The notes under the pieces were generated by a model. It saw nothing but the letters and a program-made list of their open reading frames with translations, did no database searches and was not told where the DNA came from. A stretch of 64,000 nucleotides of DNA from Cetorhinus maximus (lineage: Eukaryota): the NCBI RefSeq assembly GCF_964194155.1, contig NC_135880.1, positions 205,902,001-205,966,000 on the forward strand, read 5' to 3'. Below, piece by piece: positions 12,650-23,244 of this stretch; the first letter of the stretch is position 1, and each line of letters begins with the position of its first letter. Both the position numbers and the translations under genes were made by a program.

Positions 12650-12800
12650 CCTAACAGCACTGTGGGTGTACCTACACAACATGGACTGCAGCAGTTCAAC
12701 GTGGCTCACCACCAACTTTGCAAGGTCAATTGGGGATGGGCAATAAATGCTGGCCTAACCAGCAACTTTCACATCCAGTGAAAGAATGAATAAAAAAACC
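12650..12800 (+). mobile_element. LINE 3'-end fragment
   Basis: Matches the reverse complement of 60745-60885 and the tail of the SINE at 17018-17356. Confidence 0.6.
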
Positions 12801-12994
12801 CTTCTTAGTCTAGAAATATATCTTTGGGCTTGTTTTCTTTTACAATTCTCAGTGGTCCTTTGCTTCTTATGCCTTCAAGAATGTTACTACTGGCTATGAT
12901 CATGAAGTTACCTTAAATATATAAAGCATTTTCAGCACCAGCATTATGAAAAAATGCAAGCAAGCCATATAATACCTTAGTTAATGTGACATAC

Positions 12995-13106
12995 CTGCAA
13001 GAGGACAGAGACCTGGTGGGGTATGCTGCCGTATAAAGGACAGAAACTCATATTCTGCTTGCTGCAAGCTGATCTTACTGTCCCGCACTGCCTGTGTGAG
13101 GCCTGA
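12995..13106 (-). CDS. REXO2: REXO2 coding exon 4
   Basis: [37 protein letters not shown](G); CAG acceptor, GTATGT donor; 112 nt. Confidence 0.97.
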
Positions 13107-14664
13107 CTGCAAGGAAAGGGCAAAATATATATTCTCATTGTGAGCTACAAGAATAACAGTTGTTTAGATACAAAAAAAGTCCATAAACAATACTATCTCC
13201 TTCCAATGCATCTCAGCAGCATGAAATCTCAAGCTTATGTCTTAAAATTTAACACTTTGCCCCCTTAACTGATACTTCCTTTACTTTTACTTCCCGCACT
13301 CTAAAGAATTTTATAAAGACACTGTCAAATCTCCTTTGGCATGGCACAAGGAGTGAAGTGCAAGTATAGTTTTCAGGCAACTTGATGATAGAGGGCCAGG
13401 ATGCTAGACGAGGGTTGCAGCTTTAATTCAGAACAATTGAGCTATTTGAAATTCATACATTCTGTCATTACTTTAACATAATTATAAATTATGCCTTCAT
13501 TTATAATAGAAACTATACACAAACCTACCTTCTTGTAATTATACTCTCCCAGTGATAATGTTACAGTGTCACCACTGTTTGCTGTAGCATTAACAGCAAA
13601 CCCATCAGCACTTGCCACAATTACAGGCTAAATCTGACAGCAACCCTCTGGCACCTCCATAGTTAAACATGGAAATCCAGAAGCTGCTGTCAGAGATACC
13701 CTGCAGAGGGTGCCCTACAATTTTGCAATCTTCACTGATATACACGGCACTGAAAAAGTCAATGGCATAAACTTACACGTGCACTCAATCTGCTAATGAA
13801 AGCTGAAAACAATTATGGCTAGTCCATTCAGGAATAAGTTTTTAAAAATAAATGATAACTGCTGATCTATTTCTCTGGCCCTGAAAATTTAAAATTGTGA
13901 AGCCTCATCTCCTCAAGACAATTAATGTTGCAGACTTTAAAAAAAACTGGTTTGTCTCAATCTCTCACCATTATTTCCCAATTTTAAAATTTGCTTTCTC
14001 TACACTATAATTTATATTTAATGCACCTGTGAGGATTCTTCAATGAGTGATTGTAGAGCCTTGGAGTTCCTTGTGCTGTCCACAGGTCCACTGCAGAGTG
14101 TGCTGTGTTGGAACAGACAGTCGTGACTGGAAATCTACAGTCTAAAACAAGACTCGCCCAACCCCTGGCCCACAGCCAAGCCTCTCCATCCTGGCCTGCA
14201 GAGCCACTGTTCAATATGCAGCTAAGATAGACATGTGAAGTGGAAGATTCTGCAAGAATCTTTCCCTCCAATCACAGGCTATTCCTCTCTTGCATTCCTA
14301 TCAGCATCAAATGGGTAGAGAAACAGCAAACCATGTGGTCCTTCATTCAGCTTGAGGCCTGAACACCTGCAACAGTGGTGAGCCCGCTGGGTAGAAAGAG
14401 ATGCCAGAGGTTGTGAGGAGGCGGTGGTTAAATGGCTACCAGGCTTGGGGAGAAGGGGAAGAGGCTGTCTGCCAGGTGGACGGTGGGGGGGGCGGAAAAG
14501 AGACAAGGCCCCCTCGGCGAGTCAAGGTGACAAGAGGGCAGTTGCAACAACAGTAGGGCCGGGTCAGACAGGGTGGGGAGAACAAGTCTATGGCTGTCTC
14601 AAACCTTACCTCTGTTTTAGTCACCAACCCACCCAGGCGCATGGTTGTGAGTGAATGTGTCAGT

Positions 14665-15006
14665 GTGTGTGTGTGAGCGAGAGCAAGCGCAAGCCTGGCT
14701 CACTACCAGTCTCAGGGTTCTCACTCACCCTCACACAACACACACTCACCAACTCACACAGTGGGGTGTGGGTGAGGAGGGAGTAAGTGAGCACCCTGAA
14801 ACTGGGAGTGAGTCAGACCCAAACACACACTCTTTAATAAAGATGACCATTAGAGTGTAAGAGTGTGTGTGTGTGTGTGGTGACTCTCTCCCAGTTTCAG
14901 GGTGCTCACTTACTCCCCCTCACCCCACTGTGAGAGTCGGTGAGTGTGTGTTGTGTGAGGGTGAGTGAGAACCCTGGGACTAGGAGTGAGACACACACAC
15001 ACACAC
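14665..15006. repeat. Long inverted repeat with (GT/CA)n ends in REXO2 intron 3
   Basis: Arms of about 14665-14832 and 14861-15006 are reverse complements (e.g. GCACCCTGAAACTGGGAG / CTCCCAGTTTCAGGGTGC). Confidence 0.85.
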
Positions 15007-15035
15007 GTTACAGCACTTTAGGTGCAGTTGCAGGT

Positions 15036-15240
15036 GCCTTTTAGCTCAGGTTGGCTGGACAACTGGTTTGAGATGCAGCACGGGTTCGATTCCCGTACCA
15101 ATTGAAGTTACCAATGAGGCCTTCTCAAGCTCGCCCCTCACCCGAGGTGTGGTGACCCTCAGGTTAAACTCACCACCAGTCGTCTCTGTCTAATGAGAGA
15201 ACAGTCTATGGTCCTCTGGAGCTACGGCGACATTCATTCA
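15036..15240 (+). mobile_element. tRNA-derived SINE
   Basis: A box TAGCTCAGGTTGG, B box GGTTCGATTCC, (TTCA)n tail interrupted by a Penelope insertion. Confidence 0.75.
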
Positions 15241-15716
15241 AAACAAAAACAGAAATATCTGGAAAAACTCAGCAGGTCGGGCAGCATTGGCGGAGAAGGA
15301 CAAAGTTGACGTTTCAAGTCCTCATGACCCTTCAACAGAACTAAGTAAAAATAGGAGAGGGGTGAAATATAAACTGGTTTGGGGGGGGAGGGAAATGGGG
15401 AGGGGTTTGTAGGGACAAGCAAGCAGTGATAGGAGCAGATAACCAAAAGATGTCACAGACAAAAGAACAAAGAGGTGTTGAAGGTGGTGATATTATCTAA
15501 AATGTGCTAATTAAGAATGGATAGCAGGACACGCAAGGTACAGATAGCTCTAGTGGGGGTGGGGTGAAATAAGACTAAAAAGGGCATAAAAGGTATAGAT
15601 TTAAAAATAATGATAACTTTGTTCTTCTCTGCCGATGCTGCCAGACCTGCTGAGTTTTTCCAGGTATTTCTGTTTTTGTTTTGGATTTCCAGCATCCGCA
15701 ATTTTTTGTTTTTATC
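15241..15716. mobile_element. Penelope-derived partially inverted element
   Basis: Inverted termini; perfect 14-bp TSD GCGACATTCATTCA (15227-15240, 15717-15730). Confidence 0.9.
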
Positions 15717-16560
15717 GCGACATTCATTCATTCAGTTGAATGAGGATTTCTGCCTCGGCCACCTTCATTCCTCAACTTATTTTTGAAATTTATGGTTCAT
15801 GTTGTACCAAACCTTATCTTTCCAAAATGTGCTCATCAGCCCCTTGAGTGGAAAAAAAAATTGAAACGTGGCCCCTTGCATGAGAAGGTTGGACAAGCCT
15901 GGTCTAAAACCTGTCAATTTTCTTTTAGGCAGCTGCCAGCATAGTGAACAGCAACTCCTGTTCCTTCACTGCTGACTGCATCCAGGCCAATGTTTACTCA
16001 GGCAGTTTTCATTATATATAAACATAAGAAATTGTAATGGAAAATTTGACAATGCAAATAGACTGATTCTTCTATAGCAAATTACAACGAATTAAGTTTC
16101 TTCTCCACCAAGCCCATCTAATCTCACAAGCAGCTTAAAGAAAAAGCAAAATGTTGTTTTTCACAAGCTCACCCTCACCTTTTTAGATAGATTGGAAGAC
16201 AGAAAATTAAAGCAATTAACATTAGTTCCTGACGCTGCAGAGGAGATTACATAAACAAAGTCATTCTCCAAGGTGATTTCAAAAGAAGCTATTCAACCTA
16301 GGGAAGGTGCTCTGGAAACAAAATTGAAATATTTCAAACGTATTTCACAATTAATTATCTTTCAAGGACAGAGACTATTGTCAATGTACAGGCATCCCAA
16401 GTACTGAACCAGAGGACATGTATGAATTGTTCTAAGCAAATTTGATATTAAAATTGTTCTTTTGTAGGGTGTGGGCAGGATTGACACTTCAGACACAAGC
16501 ATGTAAATTTTTAGCCGTGCAGAAGTAACAATGTAATTGAAATGGTCAGCAGTCCCATAC

Positions 16561-16638
16561 CTTTCCATGATGTTCTGTACACCATTCTGACATGCCATCC
16601 AGTAGCTCATTTGGTTGGTTAACAATCAAATGTGGACC
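16561..16638 (-). CDS. REXO2: REXO2 coding exon 3
   Basis: [26 protein letters not shown]; CAG acceptor, GTATGG donor; 78 nt. Confidence 0.97.
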
Positions 16639-16756
16639 CTGATAACAAGAGAAACACCAGTGACATGTGCACTTCATTTTGGAACAGAAAACACATCCAA
16701 AAGACATAATTTAAAATCCACTCTTTTCCAGGGGTAGTAAATTTTAGACATCTTAC

Positions 16757-16840
16757 CTCAACTAAAATATTCAATTCTGAATCGGTTATAATGCAAGCCA
16801 TTTCAATGATTTTATCTTTTTCTATATCCAATCCGGTCAT
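16757..16840 (-). CDS. REXO2: REXO2 coding exon 2
   Basis: [28 protein letters not shown]; AG acceptor after a pyrimidine tract, GTAAGA donor; 84 nt, phase 0-0. Confidence 0.97.
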
Positions 16841-17017
16841 CTATTGAAGAAAAAACAAAACAAAAATGTCAGACCACAAGATCTTACAGCTTTTATGGAA
16901 TTGCCAGGAGGGGGTAAAAGGCTGACTACTGCAAGCTGCACTGTTTTTGAATGGTAGTCTCTTGGAAAACCTAAAGCCCCACACTGTATAATACTAGACA
17001 AGAACATTATTCTGCCA

Positions 17018-17356
17018 GGGAGGCAGTGGCATAGTGGCACTGTCACTGGACTAATATTCCAGAGACCCAGGGTAATGCTCTGGGGACCACAGCAGATGGT
17101 GAAATTTGAATTCAATAAAAATCTGGAATTAAAAGTCTGATGATGACCACGAAACCATTGCCGATTGTTGTAAAAACCCAAGTAGTTCACTAATGTCCTT
17201 TAGGGAAGGAAATCTGCCATCCTTACCTGGTCTGGCCTACATGTGACTTCAGAACCACAGCAATGTGATTGACTCTCAAATGCCCTCTGAACAAGGGCAA
17301 TTAGGGATGGGCAATAAATGCATGCCTAGCCAGTGATGCCCATGTCCCATGAACAA
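17018..17356 (+). mobile_element. tRNA-derived SINE with LINE-derived tail, in REXO2 intron 1
   Basis: GGCAGTGGCATAGTGG A-box head; 3' end GGGCAATTAGGGATGGGCAATAAATGC shared with the LINE ends at 12720 and 60750. Confidence 0.7.
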
Positions 17357-17399
17357 AGCACAACATACAAGTTTAAGTATCTGCAAACTCCACTTGTTC

Positions 17400-17750
17400 C
17401 TTCACATCATTCATTACATTGACCACACCGAACTGAACACAGTCATATCAGGAGACTCCCAGGACAGCAGAGGGGCTTTAGGGATGTCCTGGAAGCATCT
17501 CGAGAGGTCAAACATCTCCACCAATTCATTGGAGACCCTGACTTGTGACCAACCAAAATGGAGAAAGGTCAGTCCATAAGACACCAAGCAAAGATTTCAC
17601 AAGGAACATGCAGAGGCAAAGTCAAGGTGTTGGAAGGGGCACACAAACTCCTAGACAACCCACCTCCCCGATCACACATTGGACTTATCAGCCATCTCGG
17701 AGCCGATCAAACTAGAGTCATCCTCGATCCCAAGGGGACGCCTAAAAAAG
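17400..17750 (+). mobile_element. Decayed RTE-like LINE 3' end
   Basis: Remnant ...SHIGLISHL at the terminus, followed by GTCATCCTCGATCCCAAGGGACGCC. Confidence 0.45.
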
Positions 17751-18598
17751 GAGACACCAGGAAAAACAGACGCTGGGGCATGGGTTTGGAATCCACAAAA
17801 TGAAACATGCTTACATATCATCCAATACAATCTCTGCAAGACTAAGATAAATCTAATCCTGCCAATTTTCATCCTAATTGATCAATTTTAGTTTCCTAGC
17901 TATTTACACATTTTCTCACCAATGCAGAAAGCTTGTTCACTACCACTTTTGACCAAGAAATAATGAACAGGTTTGCTTGCTCCAGTTTTGCCATTTTTCT
18001 GCTGAAGTGCACAATTCTCCTCCAAGCACCTCGTCGACTGATATAAGCAGCTGACAATAGGGAAATCACAGAGAAAACTTGCATCATCTCTCTCTGGCAC
18101 ATTACAGATGCTGCACAAACAGTACCGTCAAGCGTATAAAAATAATTCCCAACTTCAACTGCTGTTCAATCAAAACCTTGGACTAAGCAAATTTTTGAAT
18201 TCATTATACAGAATGCAACACCATTGCAGGGGATAAAACGTCTTTTGCACAGTACACCCAGGATTGTGACTTTCTGCAAGTGCCTGCATCCTAAAGGAAA
18301 TGGCTGCATTAGGGTCAGTCGAAGTGGGGTTAAAAACGCAGATCGTTTAAAAAGCTACATGGAGGCAAGTGGCACGGTTATAAACAGGAAAAGCAAAACT
18401 GAGTGAGAGCTGGGCACAGCATTGATCACAATTCGGGGAAAAATCTGCAATTTGTGAAATAGCTATAAACTTGGCAAATTTTGCTTCAAGGGGGTGATGC
18501 AGAAGTTTTCTATCGCTCTCCGAGCTCCCCAGGGATGCATTAATCCACCACCATAAAGTTCTATCTCACTGGCGGCTGGAAGAAAGGGGCTAAGTTAC

Positions 18599-18859
18599 CT
18601 CCAGATCCACCCAGACCATCCTCTTGGCCATGCTCTGGGCCGCCATAGTGGCGAGAGGGCGGGTTAGGAGATGGGAGGCCGAGCCCGAGGAGGTGGAGAG
18701 GGCAGACGGCGGCTTCTCGCTGCAGCGGGGCCGGGGACAGGCTGGGTGCGGGCGGCCGGAGCACTGAGCGAGGCTCCGGGGCCGGCAGCAGACTGCGGGT
18801 AGGCAGCCAAAGGCGGCAGCAACTTTAAACTCCGTGCGGTGGACGCGCAGGCGCAGCAT
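18599..18859 (-). CDS. REXO2: REXO2 coding exon 1 (putative mitochondrial presequence plus start of exonuclease domain)
   Basis: ATG at 18859 (GCCATG); 87 codons ending MAAQSMAKRMVWVDLE (ExoI motif DxE); donor GTAACT at 18598; second in-frame ATG at 18646. The 3' boundary is firm; which ATG is used is less certain. Confidence 0.88.
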
Positions 18860-18920
18860 GGCCGGCGCCCGGCACAGCCAATCCACCCGACGGCAGCCCC
18901 GCAACAGGCCCCGCCCACAA
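18840..18920 (-). promoter_or_regulatory. REXO2 CpG-rich promoter elements
   Basis: GC box CCCCGCCC near 18909, CCAAT 18878-18882, NRF1-like CGCGCAGGCGCA 18844-18855, within a CpG-rich island of about 18570-18930. Confidence 0.6.
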
Positions 18921-19169
18921 CCACGCTGTCGCAAAACAACATCTGCCTTACCAAGTCGGTGCTGAGATGTAGCAGAGATTATGTAAGCTCAAAAGTAAAG
19001 ACTTATTTCTCATCACTTGTCAAATACTTTCACAAAGAATGTTGCTTTATGTTAGCAATTAGTGTCCAGCTCTACAATAAATTTTGTTTACACGCCATAA
19101 ACTATATTCTTTATTTTGTTTTCAGAAAGTGTTGACCTTTATTCTGCTATTAACACCTACTCTGGACCT

Positions 19170-20281
19170 TGTCATGAAAAGCCGGTTACAGCCATGGATT
19201 ACTTACGGACCTATTGAACTTTTTAAGTAAGACGTGTGTGTTTTTAAAGAAATACAGGCAAGGTCACTGAGCGAAAGATGGCTGATAATGTAAAGTGACC
19301 ACTTCCGGAAAAATTCCTATCTGGATTATACTGACAGACCTGTCCTGAGGGAACATGGAATGTCGCACCTGAAAAGGTGTCATGGCTTTCTTCAAGCTTA
19401 AAACTTAAACTTACACTTAATAGGGTGATAGGAAAGATGCAAAAAACTAAAATTTAACCTCCTGTGGTCGCAGAGACAAAAGACTGATTACCAAGTCTCA
19501 GCAGTCATCAAAAATCCATCTCCTGTTGATTCATATCTCAGAATATGTGAAATGATCAGAGATCAAAAAAACAGACTCTAGGAACAAGACATTTTTTACG
19601 CTCACAGGAAAACACAGGGAAAAATGAGTTAAAAAGCTAGCTGTAGAGCAGTGCAGTGTGTGACAGCAAGAAGACGACCAACTAGTCATCCGTGCAGTTG
19701 CAGGCGAAGTTTCGCGCTCTCTCTCTCTCCCTCTCGGTTGTTGGAGGCAAGGCTCAGTGAAAGCCACAATCAAAAAGGAAATAGGACAGCTCCTTCAGCT
19801 ATCCTGCAGAACCAAGTGTTTCCAAATTCACTGTGAAACTGCCAAAGTCAGCTCTCCTGGAATCACCCAAATTAACGGCTGCAATGTTTTGCCATCTATT
19901 CCTCATGGACAAGCCAAAGACTGATTTATATATCTTTAAAAACTTTTATTTGGCTTTAACTTCTCATTTCTGATCTGTGTGTATGTGTGCTTTTCAAAAT
20001 AATTTTTCTCGAGTTTTTAGTAACCAATAAACTTACTCTTTGACTCAAGAAAACCTGGTTAAATTGGCTCCTTCTAAATAAAAATACATTTGGACTGGGA
20101 CAAGCTATCCAGGACAGGTGGGAGGGATCTCTTTTAATTTAACCCTGTTGTGGCCAACTGAGGGGGTTGGATAAAGAAGGGGAGCCATATCATTCCTCCT
20201 CACTCAGGAGTATAACAAAATTGGGGTCCCATACAGGAAGTTAACAAATTGGTGGGCCTCGCCTGGAGTCCGGTCGTAACA
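19170..20281 (+). mobile_element. Solo LTR (1112 bp)
   Basis: TGTCATG...CGTAACA termini; 4-bp TSD ACCT (19166-19169, 20282-20285); AATAAA 20026-20031; second partial copy at 2201-2460. Confidence 0.85.
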
Positions 20282-20447
20282 ACCTTTATGTCTTGAATAC
20301 TATCATTACCAATCCCTTTGCTTTGTGTACCTTTATATTTTTGTCATTTAACCTCCTCCACCCTCTAACCTGTCCTTGACCTCTTTTTCTCCAACTGCCT
20401 CTCCCCGCCTTTTTCAACAACATAAAACCTTTCATGTTCCTACCTCT

Positions 20448-21448
20448 GAAACAAAAACAGAAAATAAGACCATAAGATATAGGAGTAGAAATTAGGCCAT
20501 TCGGCCCATCGAGTCTGCTCCGCCATTTAATCATGGCTGATAAATTTGTCAACCCCATTCTCCCGCCTTCTACCCGAAACCTTTATCCCCTTACCAATCA
20601 AGAACCTATCTATCTCGGTCTTAAATACACTCAATGACCTAGCCTCCACAGCCTTCTGTGGCAATGAATTCCATAGATTCACCATTCTCTGGCGAAAGAA
20701 GTTTCTCCTCAACTCTGTTCTAAAAGGTCTTCCATTTACTCTGAGGCTGTGCCCTCGGGTCCTAGTCTCTCCTACTAATGGAAACATCTTCCCCATGTCT
20801 ACTCTATCCAGGCCTCTCAGTATTCTGTAAGTTTCAATCAGATCCCCCCTCATCCTTCTAAACTCCATTGAGTATAGACCCAGAGCCACTAACGCCTCCA
20901 CTATCTCTTCAGCTATCTCCTTCAGAACTCTGGGATGTAATCCATCTGGTCCAGGTGATTTATCCACCTTCAGACCTTTCAGTTTTCTTAGCACCTTCTC
21001 CTTGATAATGGCCACCATACTCACCTCTGCCCCCCGACTCTCTTGAACTTTGGGAATGTCACTCGTGTCTTCCACTGTGAAGACTGACGCAAAGTACCTA
21101 TTCAGTTCCTCCGCCATTTCTTTGTTCCCCACTACTACTTCTCCAACGTCATTTTCCAGTGGCCCAATGTCCACTTTTGTAGTTGTCCTCTGTTGGTCTT
21201 TGTAGGCTTCCCAATCCCCTGGTTTCCTACTGCTCTTCGCCGCATTGTATGCTTTCTCTTTAGCTTTTATGCTGTCCCTGACTTCCCTTGTCAGCCATGG
21301 TTGCCTCGTCCTGGATGCTGGAAAAACTCAGCAAGGTCAAACAGCATCTGTGGAAAGAAAAACAGATGCTGTTAGACCTTGCTGAGTTTTTCCAGCATTT
21401 TCTGTTTTTGTTTCAGATTTCTAGCATCCGCAGTATTTTGCTTTTATA
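20448..21448. mobile_element. Penelope-derived fold-back element (itself interrupted by a CR1), nested in an older Penelope pseudo-LTR of about 19135-21565
   Basis: 11-bp TSD TTCCTACCTCT (20437-20447, 21449-21459); inverted GCTGGAAAAACTCAGC / GCTGAGTTTTTCCAGC arms. Confidence 0.8.
20466..21312 (-). mobile_element. CR1 LINE copy with two internal deletions
   Basis: Three segments nearly identical to 42262-42678, 43755-44048 and 44155-44287 of the intronic CR1. Confidence 0.92.
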
Positions 21449-21659
21449 TTCCTACCTCTCCTCAGATCAAAGAAGAGCCACATTGGATTCAAAACATTAA
21501 CTCTGTACCTTTCGCCACAGATTCTGCCAGACCTGGAGTTTTTCCAGCACTTTCTGTTTTTATTTTAGTCTATATTTAGCCTATTATCCCTGTTGCCCTG
21601 TCAGTTTTCTCTCCCCATTTGTTAGATCTGTTGGGATGTAGTTGAAGGAGATGCTGTCC

Positions 21660-22025
21660 CCTTTGACCATGGCTCTTCTGTGTTCAACTTCCACTCCACA
21701 AAAATCAGGGCTGATGCTCCAATGCACCACTGAGGGAGTGCTGCACTGTCAGAGGTACTGTATTTTCCTTGAGATTTTAAACTGAGGTCCCCTCTGCCCC
21801 TTCAAGTAGATGTAAAAAAATCCCAAGGTGCTATTTCAAGAAAGTACAGGGGAAGTTACCCCGTTGACCTGGTCAATATCCCTGAACAACATCGCAAAAA
21901 ACTGGTTGTCTGCTCATTAATTGCCATTTGTGTGCAAATTGGCTCCCACATTGTAATAGTGATGACATTTCAAAAATACCTCATTTTGTGTAAAGCACTT
22001 TAGTGCTATATAATGCAAGTCTTTC
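21660..22025 (+). mobile_element. Deu-domain SINE (SacSINE1/AmnSINE1-like)
   Basis: ACTGAGGGAGTGCTGCACTGTCAGAGG ... GATGTAAAAAAATCCCAAGGTGCTATTTCAAG core; L2-like tail GTGCTATATAATGCAAGTCTTTC. Confidence 0.65.
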
Positions 22026-22419
22026 TCTATTTTACCCAACATACACCGAGAGTCAGCAGGCTGCTTTGTGGCGTTGGATGAGGAAAGGGGTGGTCACTGT
22101 TCCGAAGGGTACATATTTGTTGTACATGCATGATGGTTGAGGCATCCTCGTGATTCATCATGCAATTTCATTGTTTTCTCTCTCCTCTTTGTGTGTGTGG
22201 TCCAGTGAAGCAGCAGTTCATAGCACTCTGTAAGTCATGTAAGTTTACTTATGGCACATGTTTAAAGAGATGTTGATACTCTTTTCTTACGATGAAAAAT
22301 TCTGCCCCCTATTTAAAGAAGAGTCATGGCAATGGTGGTAGTGATTATTTAAAGCAACTTTCACTTTGGCGTTGGGGAAATATCCGTCACGAACATAGTT
22401 CTAAAGGTTACATGAAAAC

Positions 22420-23240
22420 TAAAATGTGTACACAATAGCATCAAGATGTACTCTACCACCACATCCAGCTGTTGAAATCCACATATAAGTGCTGCAGAAC
22501 AGGGGAAGAGATTTGAGCGAGCCTGGGAAAGCTATGCTCGTGTGATGAAGCTTAACCAGGAATCAGAATGAGTATAGGTATCGACACTTATCACAGTGAT
22601 CTGGGAAGAGGAGCATAAAGCCTACTCCATGTGGATAGACTGGGCTGAGGTTGGAGCCAGGAACAAGATAGAGCTGGCGCTGATGAAGTTTTCTCAGTAC
22701 TGCTAACTGTGCAAGAATGTTCCTTTTGAGGGATATATATTCAACAGGAGAATGCAAGATACTAATGAAACATATGACCAGTATTGTTTAGCACTGTGAA
22801 AACTCACCGAAGAGTGCAAGCTCCAAATCACAATGCCAGGAGAGATGATTCCAGACCGACTTATGTTCAGGCCTGCAGATTCAGTGGTGTGGGAGAGACT
22901 GCTCCAGGAGGTTAATCTAACCTTGTTGAAGACGGATGAGATTTGTCATGCATCTGAATGGTGGTGCAACGCAAAGTCATTGGCCAGTGGAGGGGACAGA
23001 ATGTGAGTGTGAAACAGAAAGCCAAGGAGATCCCAAGGCACAACTCAAACAGGCTCAGAACAACACTGAAGAATCCCGAAAACTCCTGAGAATGGAACTG
23101 CAGGAAGAAACACGAGATCCACATGAGAGATGTGTCTGCTTTTGGGAAAATGTGCAACAATCACAGAAAGATCACAATCAAATGCCATGGAAAAGAATTA
23201 CTTGTTCACACAGACAGACAGCTAGAGAAACAGATGAAGA
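22420..23240 (+). mobile_element. Gypsy-type LTR retrotransposon relic, gag region
   Basis: Manual translation EMIPDRLMFRPADSVVWERLLQEVNLTLLKTDEICHASE resembles Gypsy Gag; decayed zinc-knuckle near 23130. Confidence 0.65.
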
Positions 23241-23244
23241 ACCA

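Noticed and set aside
15041-15097. tRNA gene (also 34657 and 59200)
   Set aside because: A and B boxes are present but no complete cloverleaf; these are SINE heads
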